Positions 29,213 through 37,856 of a stretch of DNA of 64,000 nt are shown in pieces (within the stretch, counting starts at the first letter, position 1; every line of letters starts with the position of its first letter). The position numbers and the translations under genes are program-made. The notes beneath the pieces are model-generated. The model saw only the letters and a program-made list of their open reading frames with translations, made no database searches and was not told where the DNA came from. The DNA comes from a candidate division WOR-3 bacterium (GTDB lineage: Bacteria; Hydrothermota; Tepidihabitantia; Tepidihabitantales; Tepidihabitantaceae): the NCBI GenBank assembly GCA_965649225.1, contig CBFGJX010000001.1, positions 128,001 through 192,000 of the forward strand. The letters run 5' to 3'.

Positions 29213-29965
29213 CTACTCCTCCGGCTCGAACTGGTCTTTCGCAGCCCCACATACTGGGCAAACCCAGTCATCGGGAAGGTTCTCAAAAGGCGTCCCGGGT
29301 TTGACCCCAGAATCAGGATCACCAGCCGCCGGATCGTAAACATAACCACAGACGCTGCAGACGTATCGCTTCATGTCATTTCCTTTCTTTGGAACGACCT
29401 TCTCGGTCGCCTTACTCGCGGCATAGGTCGGCGAACCCTGTCCTGTCTTGCCACCCTTTACCTGTCGGTAGTGGCTGTAAGTCAAGGGAACGCCTTCTCG
29501 CAGCAGTTTACTTGCCACAACTACAGCCAGAAAGGTTGTGTGCGACCCGCAATCAAAACTTGTCAGGACCCGGGCTTCAAGGGTAGCCAGAGTATGCTCG
29601 GTCAGTAGTGGCACGCCGGTGACACCGTTTCGGAAACCGCCCTCAGCGAATTTGTCGTATTCACGGCCGCTGCGAAATCCAAAGCGACCAATAAACTGAA
29701 GTGGAGTATCCTGCTCCAAAACTGAGACTCCGAATGCCCCGCTGGCCGCGATCATGTCGTGCGTCAGACTCTTCTTGCTGATGCTGACAATCACCTGACA
29801 CGGAACCTCGGCCACCTGGGTTACCGTGTTCACAATCAAGCCATTCCGGCGTTGCCCTTCACGGGCGGTAACAACATACAGCCCGTAGGTCAAGGTGAAC
29901 AGCGCCTGAAGGTCGATCTGCTGCGGGTCAATCTCGCACTTCAAACCCTCCGGGTTCGTGTTCAT
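29213..29965 (-). CDS. Flavin reductase-like domain fused to rubredoxin (high-molecular-weight rubredoxin type)
   Basis: YGLYVV, FGFRSGR, GSHT and TY..Y...KGG; C-terminal [10 protein letters not shown]...CPVCG. Confidence 0.9.
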   Translation of the reverse strand: MNTNPEGLKCEIDPQQIDLQALFTLTYGLYVVTAREGQRRNGLIVNTVTQVAEVPCQVIVSISKKSLTHDMIAASGAFGVSVLEQDTPLQFIGRFGFRSGREYDKFAEGGFRNGVTGVPLLTEHTLATLEARVLTSFDCGSHTTFLAVVVASKLLREGVPLTYSHYRQVKGGKTGQGSPTYAASKATEKVVPKKGNDMKRYVCSVCGYVYDPAAGDPDSGVKPGTPFENLPDDWVCPVCGAAKDQFEPEE

Positions 29966-31167
29966 GCTGAAACCCGTTCACCAATCTTTCTGGCCACCGA
30001 TTCACCCAGTGTCCGGCACTTTTCTAACTGATCCAAGTCAGGTTTGAAACGGACCTTAAGCCCCGGGGCTGCCAGCTCAATGCCGGCTGACTTCAGGTAT
30101 TCTTCGATCTCATCTACTGACTCACCGCTCCAGCCGTAAGAACCAAAAGCCGCGCCGATCAGGTTTCTGGGCTTCAGGCCCCGAATATAGGTCAGCACGT
30201 CAGCCACGGTGGGAAACAACCCGTTGTTCAGCGTTGGCGAACCCACGATCAAAGCCCCGGCGCCAACCAGATCAGTAACCACGTCACTGCGATGAGCAGA
30301 GTGCATCGAGAGCAGTCGGACCTCGCAGTCAGCCCGTGCCACCCCTTCGGCAACCGCCCGTGCCATCAGCTCCGTACTCTGCCACATCGTATCGTAAACG
30401 ATTACCACCTTGCGACCGGGCCGTTGTTCTGCCCACTTTGCGTACCACATCAAAGGGCGTTCAACCTCACGACGCCACACGGGTCCGTGATCCGGGGCCA
30501 GTATTCGAATCGGGATGCCAAGCGTGCGAATCCGCTCGAGCAACTTGCCCACCAGATTGGAATAAGGCAGGAGGATATTAGCAAAGTACTTGCGGGCTTC
30601 ATATTCCAACACGCCCGGTTCGTTTTCATCGGCGAAGAGCCTGCCGGTGGCGAAATGCATCCCAAAGCCATCCTGGGAGAAGAGGACCTCCTCACCAGCC
30701 AGGTAACTGACCATCGAATCTGGCCAGTGAAGCATTCTCGTCTCAAGGAAACTAAGCTCCAGATTGCCGAGATTAAGCTTGTCACCGTCCTTGACCGCCG
30801 TGATGTCACAGGAATCATGGAACTGTGCGTGAAGATTCTTGACTCCAAGCGCCGATGCGAAAACCTGTTCGGGTTTCAATCGCTCAATGACATCCGGCAG
30901 ACAACCGGCGTGGTCTCGCTCGGCATGATTGGAGACAATATAGCGTATATCGCCCGGGTCCATCACCGACTCAATCCGCGCCATCATCTCCGACAAAAAG
31001 GGCGCTTTGACCGTATCAATGAGAGTCGGTTTTTCGGCTGTAATCAAATACGCATTGTAGGTCGTTCCCCGCTGCGTCGCATAGCCGTGGAAATCGGCCA
31101 GTGACCAGTCGACCGCACCGACCCACCAGACATGCTCGCTGACTTGCACTGCCCGGAAAGGACTCAT
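29962..31167 (-). CDS. fprA: Flavodiiron protein (FprA, O2/NO reductase)
   Basis: GTTYNAY, HAERDH, HWPD, APDHG; flavodoxin TMWQST and FGSYGWSG. Confidence 0.93.
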   Translation of the reverse strand: MSPFRAVQVSEHVWWVGAVDWSLADFHGYATQRGTTYNAYLITAEKPTLIDTVKAPFLSEMMARIESVMDPGDIRYIVSNHAERDHAGCLPDVIERLKPEQVFASALGVKNLHAQFHDSCDITAVKDGDKLNLGNLELSFLETRMLHWPDSMVSYLAGEEVLFSQDGFGMHFATGRLFADENEPGVLEYEARKYFANILLPYSNLVGKLLERIRTLGIPIRILAPDHGPVWRREVERPLMWYAKWAEQRPGRKVVIVYDTMWQSTELMARAVAEGVARADCEVRLLSMHSAHRSDVVTDLVGAGALIVGSPTLNNGLFPTVADVLTYIRGLKPRNLIGAAFGSYGWSGESVDEIEEYLKSAGIELAAPGLKVRFKPDLDQLEKCRTLGESVARKIGERVSA

Positions 31168-31183
31168 ATCGCCTGCCTCTGCA

Positions 31184-31726
31184 TCAGGCCCCGGCAGCAC
31201 CCTGGGCATAGAAAGTCGCCAGTTCCGGCGCTAAGGTGAAAACACGTGTCCCCAGTTCGTTATCCAGCATCAGCAGCCCCCGGCCATCACCGGCAACCAA
31301 GCGCAGTTTCTGGACTATGCCGAGCGCCGTCTCCTCTTCCTCTACCTGTTCATCGACAAACCACTGCAACAGACTGCCCGACGCGAAATCATTCTCATCC
31401 CGAGCCAGTCTTGCCAGTTTGTCGATACAGCCGGTAATGAACTGCTCGTGCTTGTATGCCGCTTCAAAGGCGGCCAGCGGCGAATCCCATCGTGCCGGGG
31501 GTTCGGCAAGACCAAACAGCCTGACCTGCCCGCCGCGATCCCGGATATGCTTCAGAAACCGGACCGCGTGGCTAATTTCCTCCTGGGTCTGGGCCCGCAT
31601 CCAGCGGGCCATGCCATTCAGCCCCTCGTTGTCAAACCAGGCCGACATGGCCAGGTAAAGATAGGCTGAATCGAGCTCGTGTTTGATCTGCTGATTGAAA
31701 GCGGTCTCGATTGATTGGGATATCAT
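31184..31726 (-). CDS. Ferritin
   Basis: QI..E..SAYLYLAMS, EE..HA, HE..IT and WFVDEQVEEE ferroxidase motifs. Confidence 0.92.
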   Translation of the reverse strand: MISQSIETAFNQQIKHELDSAYLYLAMSAWFDNEGLNGMARWMRAQTQEEISHAVRFLKHIRDRGGQVRLFGLAEPPARWDSPLAAFEAAYKHEQFITGCIDKLARLARDENDFASGSLLQWFVDEQVEEEETALGIVQKLRLVAGDGRGLLMLDNELGTRVFTLAPELATFYAQGAAGA

Positions 31727-31728
31727 TG

Positions 31729-32106
31729 CTATTCACCTTTCCAGAGCCCATGGATGTTGCAGTACTCACGCGCCCACACCTTCTCGGCAGCGACGCTGAA
31801 CACGGCCTCGGGGGATTGGCCGGGGCTCAAGAAACTGCGATAAACCCGCCCGTCGGCGACCAGCTCAATCCATTCAATGTAATGTTTCTCTTCCATGGGA
31901 TGTGCGACTGAACCAACCTTGACGCGAAATCCGTCGGCCGTTCTTTCAATCACCGGCACGTGCTTTTCCTTCGCCGCATCGGTAGTATTCTCGACCAGCA
32001 GCTTCATCGGCTTCCCACAGCACACCAGCTGGCCGGCACCGCCGTGAAGAACTTCAACAATATTACCGCAGACATCGCACTTATAGACTTCCATTCTTTT
32101 AGCCAT
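31729..32106 (-). CDS. dfx: Desulfoferrodoxin (2Fe superoxide reductase)
   Basis: CxxC-x15-CC, EKHVP, HPM..HYIEWI and CNIHGLW. Confidence 0.95.
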   Translation of the reverse strand: MAKRMEVYKCDVCGNIVEVLHGGAGQLVCCGKPMKLLVENTTDAAKEKHVPVIERTADGFRVKVGSVAHPMEEKHYIEWIELVADGRVYRSFLSPGQSPEAVFSVAAEKVWAREYCNIHGLWKGE

Positions 32107-32118
32107 CGTCGAACCTCC

Positions 32119-32475
32119 TTACTGATTTCCAATCAGCCTTGGATCGGCTCCAACCATGCCACATTCCGGGATGTAGCAGGTTACATCAACAAAAGGGCAC
32201 TTTTGCGCACAGGCTGGGCATCGATCAGGGGGTGCAGCTGCCTCAAGCACATAGTTACAATTGCTGCACTTCCAAAAGTGCTGCTCGGACCTGTCCCTGA
32301 CCCGAGTTAGATCCTTGTCCCGCTGAACACCGCCTTTAGAAACGGCGCCAGTCTGCTCCGTACCGGCAGCAATCATTGGCCGACCGCAGCAAACAAGCCG
32401 GCCGTTACCCCGGTGCACTACTGCGATCATCTGGCCACAGTCGGCACAAGAGAAAACCTGCTGAACCGCTGTCAT
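32119..32475 (-). CDS. Small protein fusing a desulforedoxin-like domain with a rubredoxin-like domain
   Basis: CADC-x15-CCGRPM and WKCSNC...CPAC...[12 protein letters not shown]. Confidence 0.75.
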   Translation of the reverse strand: MTAVQQVFSCADCGQMIAVVHRGNGRLVCCGRPMIAAGTEQTGAVSKGGVQRDKDLTRVRDRSEQHFWKCSNCNYVLEAAAPPDRCPACAQKCPFVDVTCYIPECGMVGADPRLIGNQ

Positions 32476-32524
32476 CGACTTTCCTTTCCGTCGCTGCTGA
32501 AGCCTTGCTGCAACTACAGCGCCC

Positions 32525-33085
32525 TCATCCTGCTGACTGCGACTGTGCAGCCAGTATCGCGGCAACCGCCTTCAGGGCTGACTCATAATCGGGCTCTTCA
32601 CCCAGTTCTCTGACGAGCTGTACGTACCTGATGATCCCCGGGCGGTCAATCACAAAAACGGAGCGGGCCAAGAGCCGCAGTTCCTCAATCAAAACGCCAT
32701 AGGCAACGCCGAAGGCGGCATCGCGATGATCGGACGCCGTAATGACCCTGTCGATGCCGTTGGCACCGCACCAGCGTTTCTGGGCAAATGGCAAATCCAT
32801 GGACACGGTCAGAACGACCAGCTCATCGCTCAGGCGTGCAGCTTCGGCGTTGAACCGCCGCGTTTCGATGTCGCAAATCTCGGTATCCAGAGACGGAACC
32901 GCCAGCAACACCACTGGCCGCCCACGAAAGTCACTGAGCCGAACCGGCTTCAGGTCATTGCCAATCAGAGTGAAATCAGGCGCAACATCGCCAGCCTTAA
33001 GTTCCGGGCCGAGCAACGTAACCGGCTTCCCGCCCATGGTCACAATCCCGGGGCGACGGTTGTAGGCCGGGCCAGTCGGCATCAC
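32525..33085 (-). CDS. tpx: Thiol peroxidase (atypical 2-Cys peroxiredoxin)
   Basis: [26 protein letters not shown] and EPDY. Confidence 0.93.
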   Translation of the reverse strand: MMPTGPAYNRRPGIVTMGGKPVTLLGPELKAGDVAPDFTLIGNDLKPVRLSDFRGRPVVLLAVPSLDTEICDIETRRFNAEAARLSDELVVLTVSMDLPFAQKRWCGANGIDRVITASDHRDAAFGVAYGVLIEELRLLARSVFVIDRPGIIRYVQLVRELGEEPDYESALKAVAAILAAQSQSAG

Positions 33086-33094
33086 TTCTCTACC

Positions 33095-33667
33095 CTACCA
33101 GTTCTCGCCCAGCAGCTCAAAGAAGGCCTGTGGGTGTTTGCAGGCCGGGCAAACTTCGGGCGCCGAGTTGCCTTCGTGCAGGTAACCGCAGTTCAGGCAA
33201 CGCCAGACCTTTTTCTCATTCCGCCGGAACACTTGTCCAGTCTCAATGTTTTTGGCAAAGGCGTTATACCGTCTTTCGTGCTGTTTCTCGGCAACCGCGA
33301 TAGCCCGAAACGCCTGCGCGACCTCCGCAAAACCTTCCTGCTCAGCCACCTTGGCGAAATCAGGATACATCGTCCCCCATTCGTAGAGCTCTCCGGCTGC
33401 AGCAGCCTTCAGATTCTCAAGCGTCGTTCCGATCTTACCGGCTGGAAAGACGCCGGAAATCTCAACCTCCCCGCCTTCGAGGAACTTGAAAAAACGTTTG
33501 GCATGTTCGCGTTCCTGGTTGGCGGTTTCCTCAAATATCAGTGCGATCTGAACATACCCTTCCTTACGGGCCTGGGAAGCGAAGTAGGTATAACGGTTCC
33601 TTGCCTGTGACTCGCCAGCGAACGCAGTCAGAAGATTCTTTTCGGTCTTGGTACCTTTCAGACTCAT
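33095..33667 (-). CDS. rbr: Rubrerythrin
   Basis: [15 protein letters not shown] and HE..Y; C-terminal CLNC...CPACKHP. Confidence 0.95.
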   Translation of the reverse strand: MSLKGTKTEKNLLTAFAGESQARNRYTYFASQARKEGYVQIALIFEETANQEREHAKRFFKFLEGGEVEISGVFPAGKIGTTLENLKAAAAGELYEWGTMYPDFAKVAEQEGFAEVAQAFRAIAVAEKQHERRYNAFAKNIETGQVFRRNEKKVWRCLNCGYLHEGNSAPEVCPACKHPQAFFELLGENW

Positions 33668-33778
33668 CTAACCTCCTTGGACAAGGCAGTCTGTTGGATT
33701 TCTTGGGACCAATGGCAGTAGCCCATCATCACATTAGACCAGCTGCTTTGACGGCTGTTTCACAGAAAAACGGCACAA

Positions 33779-34130
33779 TGGAGGCGGCGGGAATCGAACC
33801 CGCGTCCGGAGCGTTCAGAACCCGGGGTCTACACAGTTATCCGGTCTACCTTTCTCGCGACCGGGGTTGCCGGCCAGCAGGCGCCCGATCGCCAGCTCCG
33901 GCTGATTTCTCGGACCCGAGCGCCGGAGCAGAATCTCGGGTCCATATCGCCCTTTTATAACCCGCTTTCGTGCCGGGCGCAGTCACGAGGCAGGTGACCA
34001 CCTATGTTAGGCAGCCAGTGCGTAGCTGTTGTTGGCAGCTGTAGTTCCCGCATCATTGATAACGAGGCGACGTGGGAACCCCGCTGTGCACCCGAGCTCC
34101 TCAGACACCCCGTCGAAACCGTTCGCCCCC
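33779..34130 (-). ncRNA. ssrA: tmRNA, tag peptide (A)ANNSYALAA at 34036-34007
   Basis: 5' GGGGGCGAACGGTTTCGAC; 3' GGGTTCGATTCCCGCCGCCTCCA with G3:U70; internal ORF ending YALAA-TAA; 352 nt. Confidence 0.95.
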
Positions 34131-34183
34131 GACGGACTGGTCAAAGAAGCATCAGACTGAGAAAACTCCAGATTGTCAACCTG

Positions 34184-34212
34184 ATTGTAACCTTGCGTCA
34201 CCGCAAAGTCAA
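34184..34212 (-). promoter_or_regulatory. sigma70 promoter for tmRNA
   Basis: TTGACT-17 nt-TACAAT. Confidence 0.6.
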
Positions 34213-34295
34213 CACACCCAGCCGCCCGTATCAGTCGCAACAGTCACACCTCCCGTTGCCGCTCCGCAGGTGAGTTCACCGCATTTCCGAACGGA

Positions 34296-34323
34296 TTGAC
34301 TGTCACAAGTGTCAGGCTACACT
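34296..34323 (+). promoter_or_regulatory. sigma70 promoter for the iscS-iscU operon
   Basis: TTGACT-16 nt-TACACT; places the start at ATG 34360. Confidence 0.6.
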
Positions 34324-34359
34324 CTGGCAAGAATCCCTGACCGGCCTTGGAAGGTCTCA

Positions 34360-35601
34360 ATGCAGGTGAATACGATCATCAATTTCGACCATGCCGCTGC
34401 CGCTCCGCTCTTGCCGGAGGCTAAACAGGCAATGCTGGAAGCTGCTGAATCATTCGGCAACCCTTCCAGTCTGCATCAACTTGGCTCAGCCCCCCGGCAG
34501 AAACTTGAAGAGGCACGAGCACAGGTTGCCGCACTGATCAACGCCCCGCAGGACCAGATCGTATTCACGGCATCGGGGTCGGAAGCAAACAATCTGGCGG
34601 TCAAAGGCTTTGCCCTGTCCCCGGCAAGGAAAGGCAAACACCTGGTCGTCTCGGCGATCGAGCACGTGTCAATCCTGGAACCCGCCCGTTCGCTGCGAAA
34701 ACTGGGCTTTGAAATAACTGAGGTCGGCGTCGACAGCGACGGAACCGTTTCTCCTGACCGGCTCGAGCAATCGTTGCGCCCGGACACAATCCTGGTGGCT
34801 GTAATGCATGCCAACTACGAAGTCGGCACGATGCAGAACATCGCTGCCCTGGCCGCAGTTGCCCGCAAACACGGTATACCCTTCCATGCCGATGGTTGCG
34901 CAGCGGTCGGTCGGGTACCCGTAGACGTCACGGCGCTGGGCGTTGATTCGTATTCATTCGCCGCCCAGTCGGTCTACGGCCCGCGCGGTGCTGCCGCACT
35001 CTACCTGCGCCCGGGCGTGCGAATCCAGCCACTGATAGAAGGCGGAGGCCAGGAGCGCGGACGAAGAGCGGGCACAGAGGATGTTGCCGCAATCGCCGGT
35101 TTTGGTGCGGCTGCCGCAGTTGCTGCCCGCGAAGTCAATCGCTGGAGCAGCAGCATGGAACGGCTCGCGCAGAGAATCCGAACCGAGTTGCCCAAAAGAC
35201 TGGAGCGACTGGTGTTCACCGGTTCGCCGGACCGGCGGATTCCCGGTCACGTTTCCGTCTGCGTCGAGTTCGTGGAAGGCGAAGCGATGCTGCTGCTGCT
35301 CGATGCCGAAAACATTGCGGCCGCATCGGGCTCCTCCTGTACCGCCCGAACATTGAAGGCATCACACGTGCTGCTGGCGATGGGACTGCCCCACGCGCTG
35401 GCACAGTCTTCGCTGGTACTGACACTGGGTTACGACAACTCGGACAGCGACGTTGACCTGCTGCTCGACCGACTGCCACCACTGGTCAACCGCCTGCGGG
35501 CAATGTCGCCGCTCTACGCCCGATTCATCAAAGGCGAAGACCCTTATGCCTCATCCTCCGGCGAACTCTGCTCGCACGACGATCACAAGGAGGCGGACTG
35601 A
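34360..35601 (+). CDS. iscS: IscS/NifS-family protein lacking the PLP-binding lysine (probable non-catalytic desulfurase homolog)
   Basis: GNPSSLH, FTASGSEANN, IEH.S, GGGQE.G.RAGT and SGSSCT...SHVL; canonical SGHK is AAQS. Confidence 0.9.
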   Translation: MQVNTIINFDHAAAAPLLPEAKQAMLEAAESFGNPSSLHQLGSAPRQKLEEARAQVAALINAPQDQIVFTASGSEANNLAVKGFALSPARKGKHLVVSAIEHVSILEPARSLRKLGFEITEVGVDSDGTVSPDRLEQSLRPDTILVAVMHANYEVGTMQNIAALAAVARKHGIPFHADGCAAVGRVPVDVTALGVDSYSFAAQSVYGPRGAAALYLRPGVRIQPLIEGGGQERGRRAGTEDVAAIAGFGAAAAVAAREVNRWSSSMERLAQRIRTELPKRLERLVFTGSPDRRIPGHVSVCVEFVEGEAMLLLLDAENIAAASGSSCTARTLKASHVLLAMGLPHALAQSSLVLTLGYDNSDSDVDLLLDRLPPLVNRLRAMSPLYARFIKGEDPYASSSGELCSHDDHKEAD

Positions 35602-35981
35602 TGTATTCGGAAAAAGTGATGGACCATTTCCGTAATCCCCGCAATGTCGGCGAGATTGAAAACCCCGACGGCGTCGGGGAAGTAGGCAACCCCGTCTGCG
35701 GCGATATGATGACGTTCTACATCAAGGTCAAGGACGACCGACTCGTTGACGTGAAGTTCAAGACCTTTGGCTGTGGGGCCGCAATCGCAGTTTCGTCGAT
35801 GGTCAGTGAAATGGCTATCGGCAAGACTCTCGATGAAGCGATGGCAATAACCAACGATGATGTCGCCCGCGAGCTGGGGGGGCTGCCGCCCAACAAACTC
35901 CACTGCTCCAATCTTGGTGCAGACGCGCTGCATCGGGCGATCGAAGCGTATCGCGCCGCCAAACAAAGGAAGACACCATGA
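35601..35981 (+). CDS. iscU: Fe-S cluster scaffold IscU/NifU-N
   Basis: YSEKVMDHF.NPRN, GNPVCGD, FGCGAAIA and LPPNKLHCS. Confidence 0.95.
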   Translation: MYSEKVMDHFRNPRNVGEIENPDGVGEVGNPVCGDMMTFYIKVKDDRLVDVKFKTFGCGAAIAVSSMVSEMAIGKTLDEAMAITNDDVARELGGLPPNKLHCSNLGADALHRAIEAYRAAKQRKTP

Positions 35982-36172
35982 CCCGCGACGCCGACAAACA
36001 ATGTCATTGTCCGTACTGTGACCACCCCGCCGATACCCAGACGCCGTTCTGTCAGCCGTGTTCTGTAACGATTGACACCTGCCCTGTCTGCGGTGCGGCG
36101 CTCGAGAAGAAAAGCCAGGTCTGCCCTAACTGCAACAGTGGGCAGAATAACCAAACCGGGAGGAATCGTTGA
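35978..36172 (+). CDS. Double zinc-ribbon small protein
   Basis: Four CxxC pairs in 64 aa; 4-nt overlaps with both neighbours. Confidence 0.7.
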   Translation: MTRDADKQCHCPYCDHPADTQTPFCQPCSVTIDTCPVCGAALEKKSQVCPNCNSGQNNQTGRNR

Positions 36173-36453
36173 TCAACCCTGTTCACGTCCCTGGTAGCAA
36201 CAACAAACACAAGGTGTTTGTTTACGCCCTTTCTACCTGCGGCTGGTGCCGGAAGGCCAAAGAGATGCTTGAACAACACGGCATCGAGTACGACTACGTA
36301 TTTGTTGACCAGCTCACCGGTGATGAACGTAACGAAGCAATGGACACTCTGCGGTCGCTTAACCCGCGTTCCTCTTTTCCGACCATAAAGATCGACTCCA
36401 ATGTGGTAATCGGATTCGACGAAGAACGGCTTGCCGAACTGCTGGAGGTGTAG
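36169..36453 (+). CDS. Glutaredoxin/NrdH-like redoxin (CGWC)
   Basis: LSTCGWC, SFPT and VIGFD; GGGAGG SD with TTG start. Confidence 0.88.
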   Translation: MINPVHVPGSNNKHKVFVYALSTCGWCRKAKEMLEQHGIEYDYVFVDQLTGDERNEAMDTLRSLNPRSSFPTIKIDSNVVIGFDEERLAELLEV

Positions 36454-36454
36454 A

Positions 36455-36976
36455 CTGGCCCGTGAATTCGCGCCCGAGGTTGTAGCGGCATACGAAAGGC
36501 TCAAGCGGGAGGCGGAATCGGGCGGGTACCGGCTCAATCCCGACCGGGAATTCACCCTTGGGCTGGTCGAAGCCCTGCTCACCAACGAAAAGCGATACGG
36601 CTACTGGATGTGCCCCTGCCGGCTGGCTTTCGGCGACAAGAACAAGGACCTCGATTTGATTTGTCCCTGTGACTACCGCGACGCCGACCTGGAGGAATAC
36701 GGAACCTGCTACTGTTCCCTGTATGTCACAGACGACTGGATCGAAGGCCGAAAACCGCACGGTTCGATACCGGAACGCCGCCCCGACAAGTATGCCCGCG
36801 AAGGTTACAGCCAGCCTGTCAACCCGCCGCCCGTAACAGACCAGGGGCATATGCCAACGCTGCGCTACCCGGTATGGCGATGCAAAGTCTGTGGCTACAT
36901 CTGTGCCCGGGAGTCGCCACCAGGCATCTGCCCAATCTGCAAGGCAAAACAGGACCGCTTCGAACGTTTTTTGTGA
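36455..36976 (+). CDS. Ferredoxin:thioredoxin reductase catalytic-subunit homolog fused to a rubredoxin-like domain (ferredoxin:disulfide reductase type); probable CTG start
   Basis: CPCR, CPC and CYC 4Fe-4S/disulfide motifs; C-terminal WRCKVCGY...CPICK. Confidence 0.88.
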   Translation: MAREFAPEVVAAYERLKREAESGGYRLNPDREFTLGLVEALLTNEKRYGYWMCPCRLAFGDKNKDLDLICPCDYRDADLEEYGTCYCSLYVTDDWIEGRKPHGSIPERRPDKYAREGYSQPVNPPPVTDQGHMPTLRYPVWRCKVCGYICARESPPGICPICKAKQDRFERFL

Positions 36977-36977
36977 C

Positions 36978-37298
36978 ATGCCAATAGCTGAAGTCAGCGT
37001 CGTTCCGGTTGGAACCGGCTCGGCAAGTATCAGCCGTTTCGTACGTGCTGCGCTGGAAGTCGTACGGTCGTCCGGGCTTGAATACGAACTCGGGCCGATG
37101 GGTACGTGTCTCCAGGGTGACTGGGCCCCTCTGTTTGAAACAATCCGGAAGATTCACGACACCCTGGCGGCGATGGGTTGCACCAGAATCGTCACCACAA
37201 TCAAGATTGACGACCGGCGGGATCGCGGCCAGTCAATGCACGAAAAGGTTTCCCGAGTGCTCAACCGCCCAGGGCAACCCGACCAAATTGGGGCTTGA
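36978..37298 (+). CDS. MTH1187/YqgV family thiamine-binding protein
   Basis: AEVSVVPVG..SISRFV, GPMGT and IKIDDRRD. Confidence 0.85.
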   Translation: MPIAEVSVVPVGTGSASISRFVRAALEVVRSSGLEYELGPMGTCLQGDWAPLFETIRKIHDTLAAMGCTRIVTTIKIDDRRDRGQSMHEKVSRVLNRPGQPDQIGA

Positions 37299-37323
37299 CA
37301 ATCGGCATGGCGTTCACCATAAT
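37295..37323 (+). promoter_or_regulatory. Near-consensus sigma70 promoter ahead of a long structured leader
   Basis: TTGACA-17 nt-CATAAT. Confidence 0.6.
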
Positions 37324-37544
37324 CGCTGCGGGGAGGCAGGGCATGAGCTGAACTGGACGCCTGCCTCAAAATCTGGAAAGTGGATGACGCGCGACGAAAG
37401 CTGCGAAGGTGGCGTTGTTGTAACGGGGTCAACGACGGACACAACCGGTCGATGAACCCTGGGTGGCTTGGACACAGCGCCGGAGAATGAATGTCAGGAT
37501 AGCGACTAACGCGCGGTCAACCGGACCGCGGGGTGGAGGCCGGA

Positions 37545-37787
37545 ATGTCAGATATGATTAGCGTCGCTTGGCAGCGCGCGATGCAACAGCTCCAAGAAGA
37601 GGGAATCAGCATCGCCGCTGATGAGCAATCGGTGGTCGAAGCGGTGCGGCAGGACTTCGAAAACCTCGCCGCTCCAATCCAGGACCAGCCTGGTTTCGAA
37701 GACGAAGCGCCGAAACTCGCTGCCTGGATGGTGACCTACGCACTGGAAAGAGATCGAATCGGCCTGACCGACTACGAAAACTTCTAG
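37545..37787 (+). CDS. Hypothetical acidic protein, 80 aa
   Basis: GGAGG SD 5 nt before ATG; fills the gap; no motif recognised. Confidence 0.65.
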   Translation: MSDMISVAWQRAMQQLQEEGISIAADEQSVVEAVRQDFENLAAPIQDQPGFEDEAPKLAAWMVTYALERDRIGLTDYENF

Positions 37788-37856
37788 TCGACGCTCGGGA
37801 TCAACGGGAAGGAAGAACAAGCAATTCAGTCAACGCCCTGACTGCTGCCTAGCGTT

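Noticed and set aside
33668..33800. Genomic island or prophage integrated at tmRNA or the tRNAs
   Set aside because: No integrase, no duplicated 3' end (att site) seen, and the flanking genes are housekeeping
34007..34240. 77-aa minus-strand ORF
   Set aside because: It runs through the tmRNA; only the final tag codons are meaningful
37343..37510. Selenoprotein read-through of TGA in the short leader ORFs
   Set aside because: Read-through products show no redox motif or recognisable family and hit further stops quickly
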